Shown: positions 1 through 14,169 of the stretch, piece by piece | Numbering within the stretch: position 1 is the stretch's first letter | How the letters are laid out: each line of letters begins with the position of its first letter | NCBI GenBank assembly: GCA_963695555.1 | Contig: CAVOGR010000007.1 | Coordinates: forward strand, 416,001-480,000 | Source of the DNA: an uncultured Gemmatimonadales bacterium | GTDB taxonomy: Bacteria; Gemmatimonadota; Gemmatimonadetes; Gemmatimonadales; GWC2-71-9 | DNA length: 64,000 nucleotides | Direction: 5' to 3' | Translations under genes and position numbers: made by a program | The notes under the pieces: generated by a model | Databases searched by the model: none | Seen by the model: only the letters and a program-made list of their open reading frames with translations | What the model was told of the DNA's origin: nothing

Positions 1-98
1 TGAAGCACTTGGTCGAGGGGCATGGCGGCCGCGTCTCGGCCGAGAGCCAACTGGGCCGGGGAACGACCATCTCCTGCTGGTTTCCCGCGACCTCGTGA
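1..98 (+). CDS. phoR: 3' end of sensor histidine kinase (HATPase C-terminus), probably PhoR; partial
   Basis: Frame from nt 3 reads KHLVEGHGGRVSAESQLGRGTTISCWFPATS*, a typical HATPase_c tail, directly upstream of the pst cluster. Confidence 0.7.
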   Translation, partial: KHLVEGHGGRVSAESQLGRGTTISCWFPATS

Positions 99-133
99 AT
101 AGCGCCGCACCCTCTGGCGGCTGCCCGTTGCCT

Positions 134-151
134 CGTTACCGAATCGTTGCC
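134..151. promoter_or_regulatory. Putative Pho-box-like direct repeat upstream of the porin/pst operon
   Basis: cgttacc-gaat-cgttgcc with 11-bp period; same motif family as 2537-2565. Confidence 0.4.
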
Positions 152-269
152 AAATGATAGGCGCCCCGTGACCCCGTGCCCCTAGGATTCCATCCGCTGA
201 CACAGCCGTCGCCGGGCCCGGCCCATGGTCCAGGCACGGGACGACTCTCCTACACCACGGGGATGGACT

Positions 270-1382
270 ATGAAAGCAAGCAACGGTCGGAAGACGAGTG
301 CGGTCGGAACGCTTCTCGGTATCGTGCTCCTGTCGGTCATCGGGGCCTGGACACTCGAGGCCCAGACCAAGTACCCCAATGTCAGCCTGGCCGGCCGACT
401 GCAGCAGCACTTCTATTTTTTCGATAACGGCGATTATGCCGCGGTCACGGGGCCAAAGACCGGCATGTTCACCCGGCGGGCGCGGATTACCGCGAAGGGA
501 CAGATTGCCGAGAACATCTCCTTCATTATCCAACCGTCGTTCGAGGATGGCAGCACGCGGCTTCGGTTGCGGGACGCCTACATCGACGTTCGTCTGACCA
601 AGCCCGAGGCCACGACCTCCCTGGGCGTGCGTGTCGGGCAAGAGAAGCGGCCGTTCGGCCGGTACGAGCTGACCTCGTCGAACAACCTGCCCTCGCTCGA
701 GCGGGGAGCGGGGCGCGGCCTGCTCAAGGCTTCGTCGAACGACCTGTTCATCGGCAACGGGTTCATGTCGCATGACATCGGCGCGGCGCTCCGACTGCAG
801 ACCTCGATCGGCGAGGACCGGGCGTTGACCTTACACGCCGGCGTCTACAACGGCGAGGGCGAGAGCACCAAAGAGGTCAACAACGCCAAGTCCTTTGGCG
901 TCCGGGCCACGGTGGACGTGACGGACAAGTTGAACGTGGGCGGCTCGTTCTTCTCCCACGACGGCATCGTGGACGTGCAGGGCGTGCCTGACTCCTCGTT
1001 CACCAATCAGGCCTTCGGCATCGACGCCCAGTGGGGTGACCCCGGCAGCGAAGGGCTGTACGCAGTCGGTGATTTCATGTATGGCGAGGACGATTCGGAG
1101 AACACCCTCACCATCTGGGGACTGTCGTTGGTTGGAGCGTATCACATCAGGATGGCGCAGAAGGAGTCGTTCCTGTACGCCATCGAGCCGGCGGTCCGCT
1201 TCGATGTCTCGGACCCCGACAAGGACACCGCCGACAACGGAACCACCATCATCACCGCGGGGGTCAATTTCTACCTGTCGTCCAAGACCCGGTTCCAGGT
1301 GATGTATGAGAACCAGAGCTTCCAAGCGAGTGGCCTCGAAAGCATTCAAGGCATTCGCACCGCGCTCGCCGTTAGTTTCTAA
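270..1382 (+). CDS. Phosphate-selective outer membrane porin (OprO/OprP-like)
   Basis: Signal peptide, RRARI and LRDAYID motifs, GQEKRPFG, C-terminal Phe, position before pstS; ATG 270 preferred over 225. Confidence 0.8.
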   Translation: MKASNGRKTSAVGTLLGIVLLSVIGAWTLEAQTKYPNVSLAGRLQQHFYFFDNGDYAAVTGPKTGMFTRRARITAKGQIAENISFIIQPSFEDGSTRLRLRDAYIDVRLTKPEATTSLGVRVGQEKRPFGRYELTSSNNLPSLERGAGRGLLKASSNDLFIGNGFMSHDIGAALRLQTSIGEDRALTLHAGVYNGEGESTKEVNNAKSFGVRATVDVTDKLNVGGSFFSHDGIVDVQGVPDSSFTNQAFGIDAQWGDPGSEGLYAVGDFMYGEDDSENTLTIWGLSLVGAYHIRMAQKESFLYAIEPAVRFDVSDPDKDTADNGTTIITAGVNFYLSSKTRFQVMYENQSFQASGLESIQGIRTALAVSF

Positions 1383-1432
1383 CCGGCAGCGGACCGGAAA
1401 GACCACTCAAGCGATTTTCCGAGGAGGAGTAC

Positions 1433-2518
1433 GTGAGACAGCACGCGTGGGCCAAGCGCCGATGGGTGGCAAGCATCCCCTTGGCCATTGTGATCGCCGC
1501 GAGCGGCTGCGGCTCAGGTGAGGCGGGGTCTGCCGCGACGGTATCCGGACTGACCGGAGCCGGAGCCACGTTCCCCAACCCGATCTATACTCGGTGGTTC
1601 GATGAATACAACCGGGCCACCGGTCTCCAGATCAACTATCAGTCGATCGGGTCGGGCGGCGGCATTCGGCAGTTTACCGAGGGAACGGTGGACTTCGGGG
1701 CCACTGACGGACCAATGAAGGACGAGGAAATTGCGGCGGTGGGCGGCAACGTGCTCCACATCCCGACCGTAATCGGCGCGGTGGTGCTGACCTACAACTT
1801 GCCCTCGCTCGGCGAGACCCGCCTGACTCTCGATGGACAGACCATCGCCGATATGTTCCTGGGCCGCGTCACCCGATGGAATGACCGCCGGATCAGCGCG
1901 CTGAATCCCGGCGTCAGCCTGCCGGACGCCGAGGTCGTGCTGGTGCACCGGTCGGACGGCTCTGGTACCTCCTTCATCTTTACCGATTACCTGAGCAAGG
2001 TCTCGCCGGACTGGAAGAACGAAGTCGGGGCTGGGAAGTCGCTCCAATGGCCCGCCGGGATCGGCGCCAAGGGCAACGAGGGCGTGACCCAACAAGTGAA
2101 GCAGCTCGAAGGCTCCATCGGGTACGTCGAGTTGATCTACGCCCTGTCGAATCAGTTGGCCTACGCCGCCGTCCGGAACAGGAGCGGCGAAGCCGTCGTG
2201 CCGTCGCTGGCGAGCGCATCCGCGGCCGCCGCGGGTGTCGACTGGGCGGCCGATACCGATTTTCGGGTTTCGATCACCGACGCAAGTGGACCAGGGGCGT
2301 ACCCGATTGCCTCCTTTACCTGGCTCTTGATCAAGCAGGACAACCCCGACCCGGCCAAGGGTGCCGCCATCAAGAAGTACCTCGACTGGATGGTGTCCCC
2401 CGCCGCACAGAACATCGCGAGCGAGTTGGGCTATGCGCCGCTGCCGGCTCCGGTGGTCGAGCTGGTCAGCCAGCGGATCGCGGGGCTCCAAGCGGCCGGG
2501 AGCGCGATCGGCGGCTGA
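1433..2518 (+). CDS. pstS: Phosphate ABC transporter substrate-binding protein
   Basis: GAGATFP, YQSIGSGGG, RSDGSGTS and YPIASFT motifs; lipobox-like ASGC. Confidence 0.97.
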   Translation: MRQHAWAKRRWVASIPLAIVIAASGCGSGEAGSAATVSGLTGAGATFPNPIYTRWFDEYNRATGLQINYQSIGSGGGIRQFTEGTVDFGATDGPMKDEEIAAVGGNVLHIPTVIGAVVLTYNLPSLGETRLTLDGQTIADMFLGRVTRWNDRRISALNPGVSLPDAEVVLVHRSDGSGTSFIFTDYLSKVSPDWKNEVGAGKSLQWPAGIGAKGNEGVTQQVKQLEGSIGYVELIYALSNQLAYAAVRNRSGEAVVPSLASASAAAAGVDWAADTDFRVSITDASGPGAYPIASFTWLLIKQDNPDPAKGAAIKKYLDWMVSPAAQNIASELGYAPLPAPVVELVSQRIAGLQAAGSAIGG

Positions 2519-2536
2519 GAGACCACGCCAGCCGTT

Positions 2537-2565
2537 CGTGACAGGCCCGTTACAATTCCGTGACG
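2537..2565. promoter_or_regulatory. Putative Pho box (three 7-mers at 11-bp spacing) between pstS and pstC
   Basis: cgtgaca / cgttaca / cgtgacg at 2537, 2548, 2559; reverse strand gives TGTCAC/TGTAAC-like PhoB half-sites. Confidence 0.6.
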
Positions 2566-2596
2566 CGCTTGGGGGCGGCGGCCGGTAACATCACGC

Positions 2597-3574
2597 ATGG
2601 CTGAGTCTCTGGGGGGCGAGGCCCTGGTCTCGCCCCCGCCCTCGCTTGTCCGGGCGAGCTACGGCGATCGGATCTTCAAGGGCCTGTTGACGCTCGCGGC
2701 CTTGGGGATTCCGCTGTTGCTCGGCTTGCTCTTTGTCGAGCTGGTCAGCGGGTCGCGCCTCGCGATCGAGCGATTCGGCCTCGGCTTCATCACCCACAGT
2801 ACCTGGAACCCGGTCACTGAAGAGTTTGGTGCCTTCCCACTCATCGTGGGCACCCTCCTTTCGTCCTTTCTTGCCTTGTTGATGGCCGTGCCACTTTCGC
2901 TCGGCGTCGCCATCTATCTGACGGAATTCGCTCCGATGCCGGTGCGAAAGCCCGCGGCCTTCCTCATCGAACTGCTCGCGGCCATCCCGAGCGTGGTGTA
3001 TGGGTTGTGGGGCATCTTCGTGCTGATCCCCATTCTCCGTCAGACGGTCTTCCCGTTTCTCCAATCCGTTCTGGGGTTCCTGCCGTTCTTTCAAGGCACC
3101 ATCTACGGCCCGTCGATGCTCTCGGCCAGCATCATCCTCGCCATCATGGTCATGCCCTATATCATGTCCGTCTCGCGCGAGGTATTGCTCGCTGTGCCGA
3201 GCAGCCAGCGGGAGGCGGCGCTCGCGCTGGGGGCAACCCGGTGGGAGGCCGTGACGAGCGCTATCGTGCCCTACGCCCGCTCCGGTATCATCGGCGCGAT
3301 CATTCTCGGGCTCGGTCGCGCGCTCGGCGAGACCATGGCCGTGACCATGCTCATCGGAAACCGCCATGCCATCTCGGCTTCGCTGTTCGCGCCGAGCTAT
3401 ACCATGGCCGCCGCCATCGCGAATGAGTTTGCCGAGGCCGTTGCCGACATCCACTTGTCCGCGCTCGCGTATGTGTCGCTGGTGTTGTTTGGGGTGACAG
3501 TGCTGGTGAATGCCGGCGCGCGCCTGTTGATCTGGCGGGTGACCCAGCGCGGCACGCCGGGAGGTGCGACATGA
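2597..3574 (+). CDS. pstC: Phosphate ABC transporter permease
   Basis: ELLAAIPSVVYGLWG, EAALALGATRWE, GRALGETMAV. Confidence 0.97.
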   Translation: MAESLGGEALVSPPPSLVRASYGDRIFKGLLTLAALGIPLLLGLLFVELVSGSRLAIERFGLGFITHSTWNPVTEEFGAFPLIVGTLLSSFLALLMAVPLSLGVAIYLTEFAPMPVRKPAAFLIELLAAIPSVVYGLWGIFVLIPILRQTVFPFLQSVLGFLPFFQGTIYGPSMLSASIILAIMVMPYIMSVSREVLLAVPSSQREAALALGATRWEAVTSAIVPYARSGIIGAIILGLGRALGETMAVTMLIGNRHAISASLFAPSYTMAAAIANEFAEAVADIHLSALAYVSLVLFGVTVLVNAGARLLIWRVTQRGTPGGAT

Positions 3575-4416
3575 ACCGCCGGGAGCGCCGGCGCCTCAAG
3601 AGCAGGGTCATGGTCGCGATCATGGCTCTGGCCGTGATCCTTGCGGTGCTCCCCCTGGTGTTCATCCTGCTCAACCTGATCGTGAAGGGCGCGAGCAGTC
3701 TCAACTGGGCGTTCTTCGTCGAGACGCCGGCGCCGGCCGGCCAAAGCGGGGGCGGCGTGGGGCACGCGGTGCTGGGCACGCTGATCATCGTCGGCATGGC
3801 GTGTCTCATGGGTCTTCCCATCGGGGTTGGCGCGGGCATCTACAGCGCCGAGTACCCGGCCAGCCGCCTGGCGCGACTCACCCGGTTCGTGGCCGACGTG
3901 ATGAACGGGACCCCTTCCATCGTGGTCGGGGTCTTCGCCTGGACGTTGATCGTCGCCAACCAGAAGCACTTCTCCGGCTTGGCCGGCAGCGTAGCCCTGG
4001 CGATGCTGCTCATCCCGATGGTGATGCGCACCACCGAAGAGATGGTCAAGCTGGTGCCGAACTCGTTGCGGGAAGCGGCGCTCGCGCTGGGGTATCCCCG
4101 CTGGCGCACCAGCCTCCGGGTCGTCCTGCGCACGGCGCTTCCCGGCATTGTCACCGGCAGCCTGTTGGCCATTGCCAGGATCGCCGGTGAGACGGCGCCC
4201 CTCCTGTTTACCGCCCTGGGAAGCCAATTCTTCTCGACCAATCTGAACCAGCCGATGGCCGCGTTGCCACTCGTGGTCTTCACCTACGCCACGGGACCAT
4301 ACGAGGAGTGGCATCGGTTGGCGTGGGCCACGGCCCTGGTGCTCATCATCGTGGTACTCGTGCTGAGCCTGGCCGCGCGCATCGCGACGCGCCAGCGCTT
4401 CACCCTCAATGCCTGA
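3571..4416 (+). CDS. pstA: Phosphate ABC transporter permease
   Basis: [27 protein letters not shown]. Confidence 0.97.
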   Translation: MNRRERRRLKSRVMVAIMALAVILAVLPLVFILLNLIVKGASSLNWAFFVETPAPAGQSGGGVGHAVLGTLIIVGMACLMGLPIGVGAGIYSAEYPASRLARLTRFVADVMNGTPSIVVGVFAWTLIVANQKHFSGLAGSVALAMLLIPMVMRTTEEMVKLVPNSLREAALALGYPRWRTSLRVVLRTALPGIVTGSLLAIARIAGETAPLLFTALGSQFFSTNLNQPMAALPLVVFTYATGPYEEWHRLAWATALVLIIVVLVLSLAARIATRQRFTLNA

Positions 4417-5176
4417 TACCCTCCCCCGCGTCGAGACCGAGAAGCTCACGGCGATGTATGGCAAGTTTACCGCGGTCAAGGGCGTGTCGTTGGGGTTTCC
4501 GGCCAACCAGGTTCACGCGCTCATTGGACCGTCGGGGTGCGGCAAGTCGACGTTCCTGCGAGCGCTCAATCGCATGCACGAGGTGACGCCCGGCGGGTGG
4601 ATTACCGGGCGGGTTCTCCTGGACGGAATGGATGTCTACGCCCCACGCGTTAACGTGATGGAACTCCGGCGACGGGTGGGCATGGTGTTCCAGCGGCCGA
4701 CCCCCTTTCCCACCATGTCCATCTATGACAATGTGGCGGCTGGGCTCCGCCTGGACGGCCGGCGGCCGGCCGGGGAAATGGATCACATCGTGGAGCGCTC
4801 GTTGCAGCAGGCTGCACTCTGGGACGAGGTCAAGGACCGGCTGGATGAGAGCGCTATCGCACTGTCGGGGGGGCAGCAACAGCGGCTCTGCATCGCTCGT
4901 ACGCTGGCCCCGAGCCCCCAGGTCATCCTGCTCGATGAGCCCACCGCATCGCTCGATCCTCAGGGGACGCAGCGTATCGAGGAACTCTTGTTCGAACTCA
5001 AACGCGAATTCACCATCATCATCGTGACCCACAACATGCAGCAGGCGGCGCGGGTGTCCGATACGACCAGTTTCTTCTACCTCGGGACCATGGTGGAGAC
5101 CGGCGCGACTGAGCAGATCTTCACCGCCCCAGCCAACGAGCAGACCGAGGCCTACATTACGGGACGATTCGGATGA
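4409..5176 (+). CDS. pstB: Phosphate ABC transporter ATPase (copy 1)
   Basis: [39 protein letters not shown]. Confidence 0.97.
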   Translation: MPDTLPRVETEKLTAMYGKFTAVKGVSLGFPANQVHALIGPSGCGKSTFLRALNRMHEVTPGGWITGRVLLDGMDVYAPRVNVMELRRRVGMVFQRPTPFPTMSIYDNVAAGLRLDGRRPAGEMDHIVERSLQQAALWDEVKDRLDESAIALSGGQQQRLCIARTLAPSPQVILLDEPTASLDPQGTQRIEELLFELKREFTIIIVTHNMQQAARVSDTTSFFYLGTMVETGATEQIFTAPANEQTEAYITGRFG

Positions 5177-6030
5177 CGACCACTATGCGATCAGCCTCGC
5201 CCCTCAACTCCCACGAGCGACCGACCTTCGCGCCGAGGTCGGAGCCGCGAGACCGGCCCCGGTCCGGCCAGCCAGGCCAGCCGGCGCTCGAGGCCCGGAA
5301 TTTTCGCTTCTATTACGGCCCGAAGCCGACCCTCAAGGGCATCGATCTCGCCATTCCCCACCGGGCCGTCACCGCCATCATCGGACCGTCGGGCTGCGGC
5401 AAGTCGACCTTCCTCCGCTCCATCAACCGGCTGAACGAGCTCATCCCGGGGACCAGGTTCGAGGGTGACATTGTGTTCGAAGGAAAATCGATCTACGCTC
5501 CAGGCACCGATGTGGTCGCGCTGCGCCAGCGAATCGGCATGGTATTCCAACGCCCAAACCCGTTTCCCAAGTCGATATATCACAACGTGGCCTACGGGCC
5601 GACGATCAATGCGCTGGTGCCCAAGCGGGACATCCCGGACCTGGTCGAACAATGCCTGCGGCAGGCGGCGCTCTGGGATGAGGTGAAGGATCGATTGGAC
5701 GAACCCGGTACCAGCCTGAGCGGCGGCCAGCAGCAACGGCTCTGCATTGCCCGGGCGCTCGGCAATCGGCCCCAGATTCTGTTGATGGACGAACCGTGTT
5801 CGGCGCTCGATCCGCTGGCCACCCAGCGGGTGGAGGAGCTCATCGTCGAACTCAAGACCGAGTATACGATCGTGATCGTGACCCATAACATGCAGCAGGC
5901 CGCCCGGGTCTCTGACTTCACCGGGTTTTTCGACGCGGGGGAGTTGATCGAGTTCGGCCCCACAGAGCAGATCTTCACCTCGCCCGTGCAGGAGCGGACG
6001 GAGGCCTACATCACCGGGAGATTCGGATGA
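5173..6030 (+). CDS. pstB: Phosphate ABC transporter ATPase (copy 2)
   Basis: Same PstB motifs ([25 protein letters not shown]) with an N-terminal extension. Confidence 0.97.
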   Translation: MTTTMRSASPLNSHERPTFAPRSEPRDRPRSGQPGQPALEARNFRFYYGPKPTLKGIDLAIPHRAVTAIIGPSGCGKSTFLRSINRLNELIPGTRFEGDIVFEGKSIYAPGTDVVALRQRIGMVFQRPNPFPKSIYHNVAYGPTINALVPKRDIPDLVEQCLRQAALWDEVKDRLDEPGTSLSGGQQQRLCIARALGNRPQILLMDEPCSALDPLATQRVEELIVELKTEYTIVIVTHNMQQAARVSDFTGFFDAGELIEFGPTEQIFTSPVQERTEAYITGRFG

Positions 6031-6749
6031 CCGGGAAGCCGAAGCGGCATTTCCATGACGAGCTGAACGACATGAAGGTGAAGCTGCTCACCATGTCGGG
6101 TGAAGCCGAGGCCGCCCTCGGCCTCGCCCTGGAGGCCTATCTCGAGCGTAACATCGAGAAGGCCGAACGCGTGCTCAAGGGCGATCGGATTATCGACGCC
6201 ATGGAAACCGAGATCGAGGAGCGGTGCATCAGCCTGCTCGCCCTGCAGCAGCCCATGGCCAAGGACCTCCGCATGCTCACGGCCGCGCTCAAGATCTCCA
6301 ACGATCTCGAACGGGTCGGCGACCACGCCGTGAACATCGCGGACTCGGCCATCCGCCTGAGGCAGCTCCGCCCGGTGACTCCCGACCCCGAGCTCATCGA
6401 GATGGCCCGGCTGGCCCGCGAGATGCTGTCGGACGCGCTCGAGGCGTTCATCCGAGGGGATACGACAGCGGCTCGCGAGATCTGCCGCCGGGACGACCGG
6501 GTGGACGCCTTGCATCATTCGGTTTTTCGCATCATGCTCACCCATATGATGGAAGATCCCCAGACCATCGGCGCGGGCGTGGAGGTGTTCCTCATCTCCC
6601 GCAACCTGGAGCGGGTCGCCGACCTCGCGACCAACATCGCCGAGGACGTGGTGTTCCTGGTCGAAGGCAAGTCGATCAAGCATCACGCCGAGGACCGAGG
6701 AGAGGCTCTGACCCCGGTCGATAGCACTTCATCCCAGGACGAGTCGTGA
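6027..6749 (+). CDS. phoU: Phosphate signalling complex protein
   Basis: [19 protein letters not shown] and [14 protein letters not shown] repeats. Confidence 0.97.
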   Translation: MTGKPKRHFHDELNDMKVKLLTMSGEAEAALGLALEAYLERNIEKAERVLKGDRIIDAMETEIEERCISLLALQQPMAKDLRMLTAALKISNDLERVGDHAVNIADSAIRLRQLRPVTPDPELIEMARLAREMLSDALEAFIRGDTTAAREICRRDDRVDALHHSVFRIMLTHMMEDPQTIGAGVEVFLISRNLERVADLATNIAEDVVFLVEGKSIKHHAEDRGEALTPVDSTSSQDES

Positions 6750-8329
6750 AGGTGGCCACGGCCCCGGTCACGCCGCCGCCCCCCGTGGCGCCCACCCGCG
6801 AGCGGATTGCGGCCATCGACGTCGGATCGAACTCGATCCGGCTGACGGTGGCCGAGTACCATCCCAACGCGGGGCTCACCGTCATCGACGAGCTCAAGGA
6901 GCAGCCTCGCCTGGCCGAAGGCGTCGCCGCGACCGGCCGGCTCGACGACGTGGCCATCGAGCGGGCCGTCGACGGGCTGCGGCGGATGATGGAGGTCTGT
7001 CGCCGCCGCGGTGCCCGACACATTCGCGCCGTGGCTACAGCCGCTGTCCGTGAAGCGGCCAACGGCCCGGACTTCATCCAGCGGGTGCAGGACGTATTCG
7101 GCCTGCCGCTCGAAATCATCGATGGCAAGACCGAGGCGGTACTCTCCTACCGTTCGGTGGCCCATCATTTCCGCCTGCTCGATTCACGGACCCTGGTCGC
7201 GGATATTGGCGGCGGGAGCCTGGAATTGATCGGTGCGGTCTCCGGGCTGGTGGAGCTGACGCGGTCGCTGCCGTTCGGCGCGGTCCGGCTCACCGAGCTG
7301 TACCTGGCCGACGACAAGGCCCCGCGCAAAGGTGTCGCCCGACTGCGGCGGCATCTGGGCAAGCAGTTCCGCAAGGAGCTGCCCGGGCGGGAGTGGGTCG
7401 GGCCCATGATGATCGGGTCGGGCGGCACCTTCACCAACCTCGGACGCATGACGATGGCCCGGCGAGGCCAGCCGTTTGCGGAGGCGGTGCACGGAGTGTT
7501 CGTCTCGACGGCCGAAGTCGAGCACCTGCTCGAGTGGCTCAGCACCATGACGACGGCGCGGCGCGCCCAGGTGCCGGGTCTCAACCCCAGCCGGGCCGAC
7601 ATCATCCTGGCCGGCCTCGCGGTCACGGCGGAGCTGCTCGAGCACGTGGACGCCCGCGGCGTGACCGTCAGCGCGTATGGCCTACGGGAAGGGCTGCTGT
7701 TGGACATGGCGGGTGCCAACGCGGTGCCCGCCTCGGTCGATCCGCTCCTCCTGGTTCGCGAATTCGCCGAGCGCTGCCACACCGACCGGCGACATGGGGA
7801 ACATGTGCGCTATTTGGCGCTGATCCTGTTCGACCGCTTGGCGGAGGCACTCGGCGCGAGCGCCGAAGAGGCCGCGATACTGGAGGCGGCGGCCCTGCTG
7901 CATGACATCGGGCAGTTGGTGAGCTACCGGGAGCACCACAAGCACAGCTACGATCTCATCATGCACGCCGAGCGCCTGAATCTCTCGGCATCCGAGCGCC
8001 AGATGGTGGCCTTGCTGGCTCGCTATCACCGCAAGCGCGGGCCCAGCCGGAAGCACGCTCCCTTTGCGGCGCTCCCAGCCGCCGACCAGGCCGTCGTCCG
8101 CCGGATGAGTGCACTGTTGCGGGTGGCCGACGGCCTCGACCGGGGGCATGCGCAGGCCGTGGGCAGTGTGGCCACCCTGCTCACGCCCGATCGCCTGACG
8201 ATTTCGGTCGCGTCATCCTCGAACGGCGGCGACTTGGCGCTCGAGTGCTGGGCCGCCGAGCGCAAGGCCGACGTCCTTGCGAAAGAGCTCGGGCGCGACG
8301 TCTCCATCGTCCCCGCCATTTCCGCCTAA
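6746..8329 (+). CDS. ppx: Ppx/GppA exopolyphosphatase with C-terminal HD-like domain
   Basis: AAIDVGSNS, ATAAVREA, DIGGGSLE, GLREG, LHDIG, LRVADGLD. Confidence 0.92.
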   Translation: MKVATAPVTPPPPVAPTRERIAAIDVGSNSIRLTVAEYHPNAGLTVIDELKEQPRLAEGVAATGRLDDVAIERAVDGLRRMMEVCRRRGARHIRAVATAAVREAANGPDFIQRVQDVFGLPLEIIDGKTEAVLSYRSVAHHFRLLDSRTLVADIGGGSLELIGAVSGLVELTRSLPFGAVRLTELYLADDKAPRKGVARLRRHLGKQFRKELPGREWVGPMMIGSGGTFTNLGRMTMARRGQPFAEAVHGVFVSTAEVEHLLEWLSTMTTARRAQVPGLNPSRADIILAGLAVTAELLEHVDARGVTVSAYGLREGLLLDMAGANAVPASVDPLLLVREFAERCHTDRRHGEHVRYLALILFDRLAEALGASAEEAAILEAAALLHDIGQLVSYREHHKHSYDLIMHAERLNLSASERQMVALLARYHRKRGPSRKHAPFAALPAADQAVVRRMSALLRVADGLDRGHAQAVGSVATLLTPDRLTISVASSSNGGDLALECWAAERKADVLAKELGRDVSIVPAISA

Positions 8330-8383
8330 GACCGGTCACCTTTCACCGCCTTGCGGGCGGGTGCACGAGCAACGACCTTCCAC

Positions 8384-9262
<879 letters not shown>

Positions 9263-9395
9263 ACGCCGGGCCCTCCCCGGGCCGGAAGGGCTATTCCTCG
9301 GCGCTTCTGCTTGCGGTACCACCCAGGGCGTCGTAACCTAGAAACTGCCTAGTCCCCTTGGCGCCTGGCCGGCCGGTTTGGCGACAAGGAGCGGT

Positions 9396-12548
<3,153 letters not shown>

Positions 12549-12619
12549 GACTCAGGTTGCTGGTCCGGACCGGGCCTGGGCCGGAACACTGAATAGGGCA
12601 CTACATCAAGGAGTCCATC

Positions 12620-13924
12620 ATGCACAAGAAACTATGGCTGAATTGGGTCGCAATTGTAGCAATCCTGGCCCTACTAGCCCTTATATGGCAGCAGTGCCGG
12701 CCGGACCAGCCGGCCCAGACGGGTGCTCAGCCTTGGCGACCGGAGTGCCCACACGATTCGATTGCGATCGTGGTTGCTGACAAAGAACAGCCGTCCGGCA
12801 CGAAGACCATCACTGACATCCCACTGGCCTCCACGATCGACCACATCGCGGAATTCCACGACTGTCAGCGCTTCATCGTGAAGGACGATAACACGGGACA
12901 AGAGCGTTTCGGACCGATGGTCGCAATCTTTGCCTCCGAAGACCTGGCTACCCTGGAGGAAAGCCTAGATTCATTGCTCGAAAGGCCAGCTGCCCGCGAC
13001 TCAGCTCTTGCCGGAGCCGAGATCTACAACTACCACGAAGCCTATGACCCGCTGTTCATCGAACATGGTTTCAATTGCCTCTTCCTACGGAAGGAGAATG
13101 CCCGGGACTGGGTGGCCAGGATGGTCCCGGTCGGCAATCAAGCGGATGCCTGTCTCGGATTCCAAGATGTTAATGCTCTTGGCCACCCGTTGGATGTCCG
13201 ACCCGTCGCCCAGGGCCCGTATGGCGGACAGGATGTTCCCCGGGTTGCCCGCTGGGATTGGGACGGGACCCAGCAATATATCGGCATCAAGTGTGGTGAT
13301 CAGTGGTGCGAAATTGGACCGCAGGGTGGGTTCGCGACTTCGAGTCGCTCTTGGGCCAATGATGTGTTGAACCAACCCGGCGCTGCCAACTTGCAGGAGT
13401 TTGCCCCCACTACGCCAAACGATCCTGCTAATCGCGTCGTCGAGGTCAAGGGCTGGTTCGATGAACAGCGTCTCGCGGTCCCGAGTGGGGGCGGCGGAAT
13501 GCTACCGGCAAGCAGACCCGCGCTGGCGATCCCACACCCACGTCTGGGGCTCTACGACATTCCCTATTTCGAGCAGCACGATTGGCTTCCATCTGCACTG
13601 GTTGTTCTCCCTCCAGGCCTGGATGGGTACATCACCAAACGAAATTGGGCAGCAGGAGTCAATCGGGTCTACCTCTGCTCGGGAAGTCCTGAGGAGTGCA
13701 AAATCCCGTCCGCCGAGGCTCCCATGTGCCAGCCTGAATGGGCATCGAATGACAACCGGGAATGGTGGGCCAAGACCGTGTCGTCGAGCGAGGACGTGAA
13801 GTACCAGTGCGTCACCCGCTGCGAGCAGAACCTTGAAATACCCGGCACGGTGCGGTGGCGCTGGGAGGAGCAGGACGAGAAGCTCTGGATTCGATGCGCC
13901 ACAGGCTGCTGTGCGGTCAACTGA
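12620..13924 (+). CDS. Secreted or membrane-anchored Cys-rich hypothetical protein with two internal domain repeats
   Basis: AGGAG RBS, N-terminal hydrophobic stretch ending WQQC, 15 Cys, followed by a terminator-like hairpin. Confidence 0.85.
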   Translation: MHKKLWLNWVAIVAILALLALIWQQCRPDQPAQTGAQPWRPECPHDSIAIVVADKEQPSGTKTITDIPLASTIDHIAEFHDCQRFIVKDDNTGQERFGPMVAIFASEDLATLEESLDSLLERPAARDSALAGAEIYNYHEAYDPLFIEHGFNCLFLRKENARDWVARMVPVGNQADACLGFQDVNALGHPLDVRPVAQGPYGGQDVPRVARWDWDGTQQYIGIKCGDQWCEIGPQGGFATSSRSWANDVLNQPGAANLQEFAPTTPNDPANRVVEVKGWFDEQRLAVPSGGGGMLPASRPALAIPHPRLGLYDIPYFEQHDWLPSALVVLPPGLDGYITKRNWAAGVNRVYLCSGSPEECKIPSAEAPMCQPEWASNDNREWWAKTVSSSEDVKYQCVTRCEQNLEIPGTVRWRWEEQDEKLWIRCATGCCAVN

Positions 13925-13948
13925 CCGGAACAGTGACGTCCAACATCG

Positions 13949-13976
13949 AGAGGGCGGGCCAGGTGGTCCGCCCTCT
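13949..13976 (+). terminator. Hairpin, putative intrinsic terminator
   Basis: agagggcgggcc-aggt-ggtccgccctct just after the stop codon; weak U-tract. Confidence 0.55.
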
Positions 13977-14169
13977 TCGCCATCGCAATAACGTCGCCCG
14001 GCGCTGCGCACGCGCTCGGGTGTGACGACCAACCCACCTTCCTCGCCAGACCCCATCCCCACCCGTAGCCTAGGGTCTTCCCTAGTCCAAAACGCCCCGC
14101 CGCACCAGATTACGGCCGACCGAGTATACTGAACCCCCGCATCTCTTCCTTTATAGCGGAGTCCTGTCG

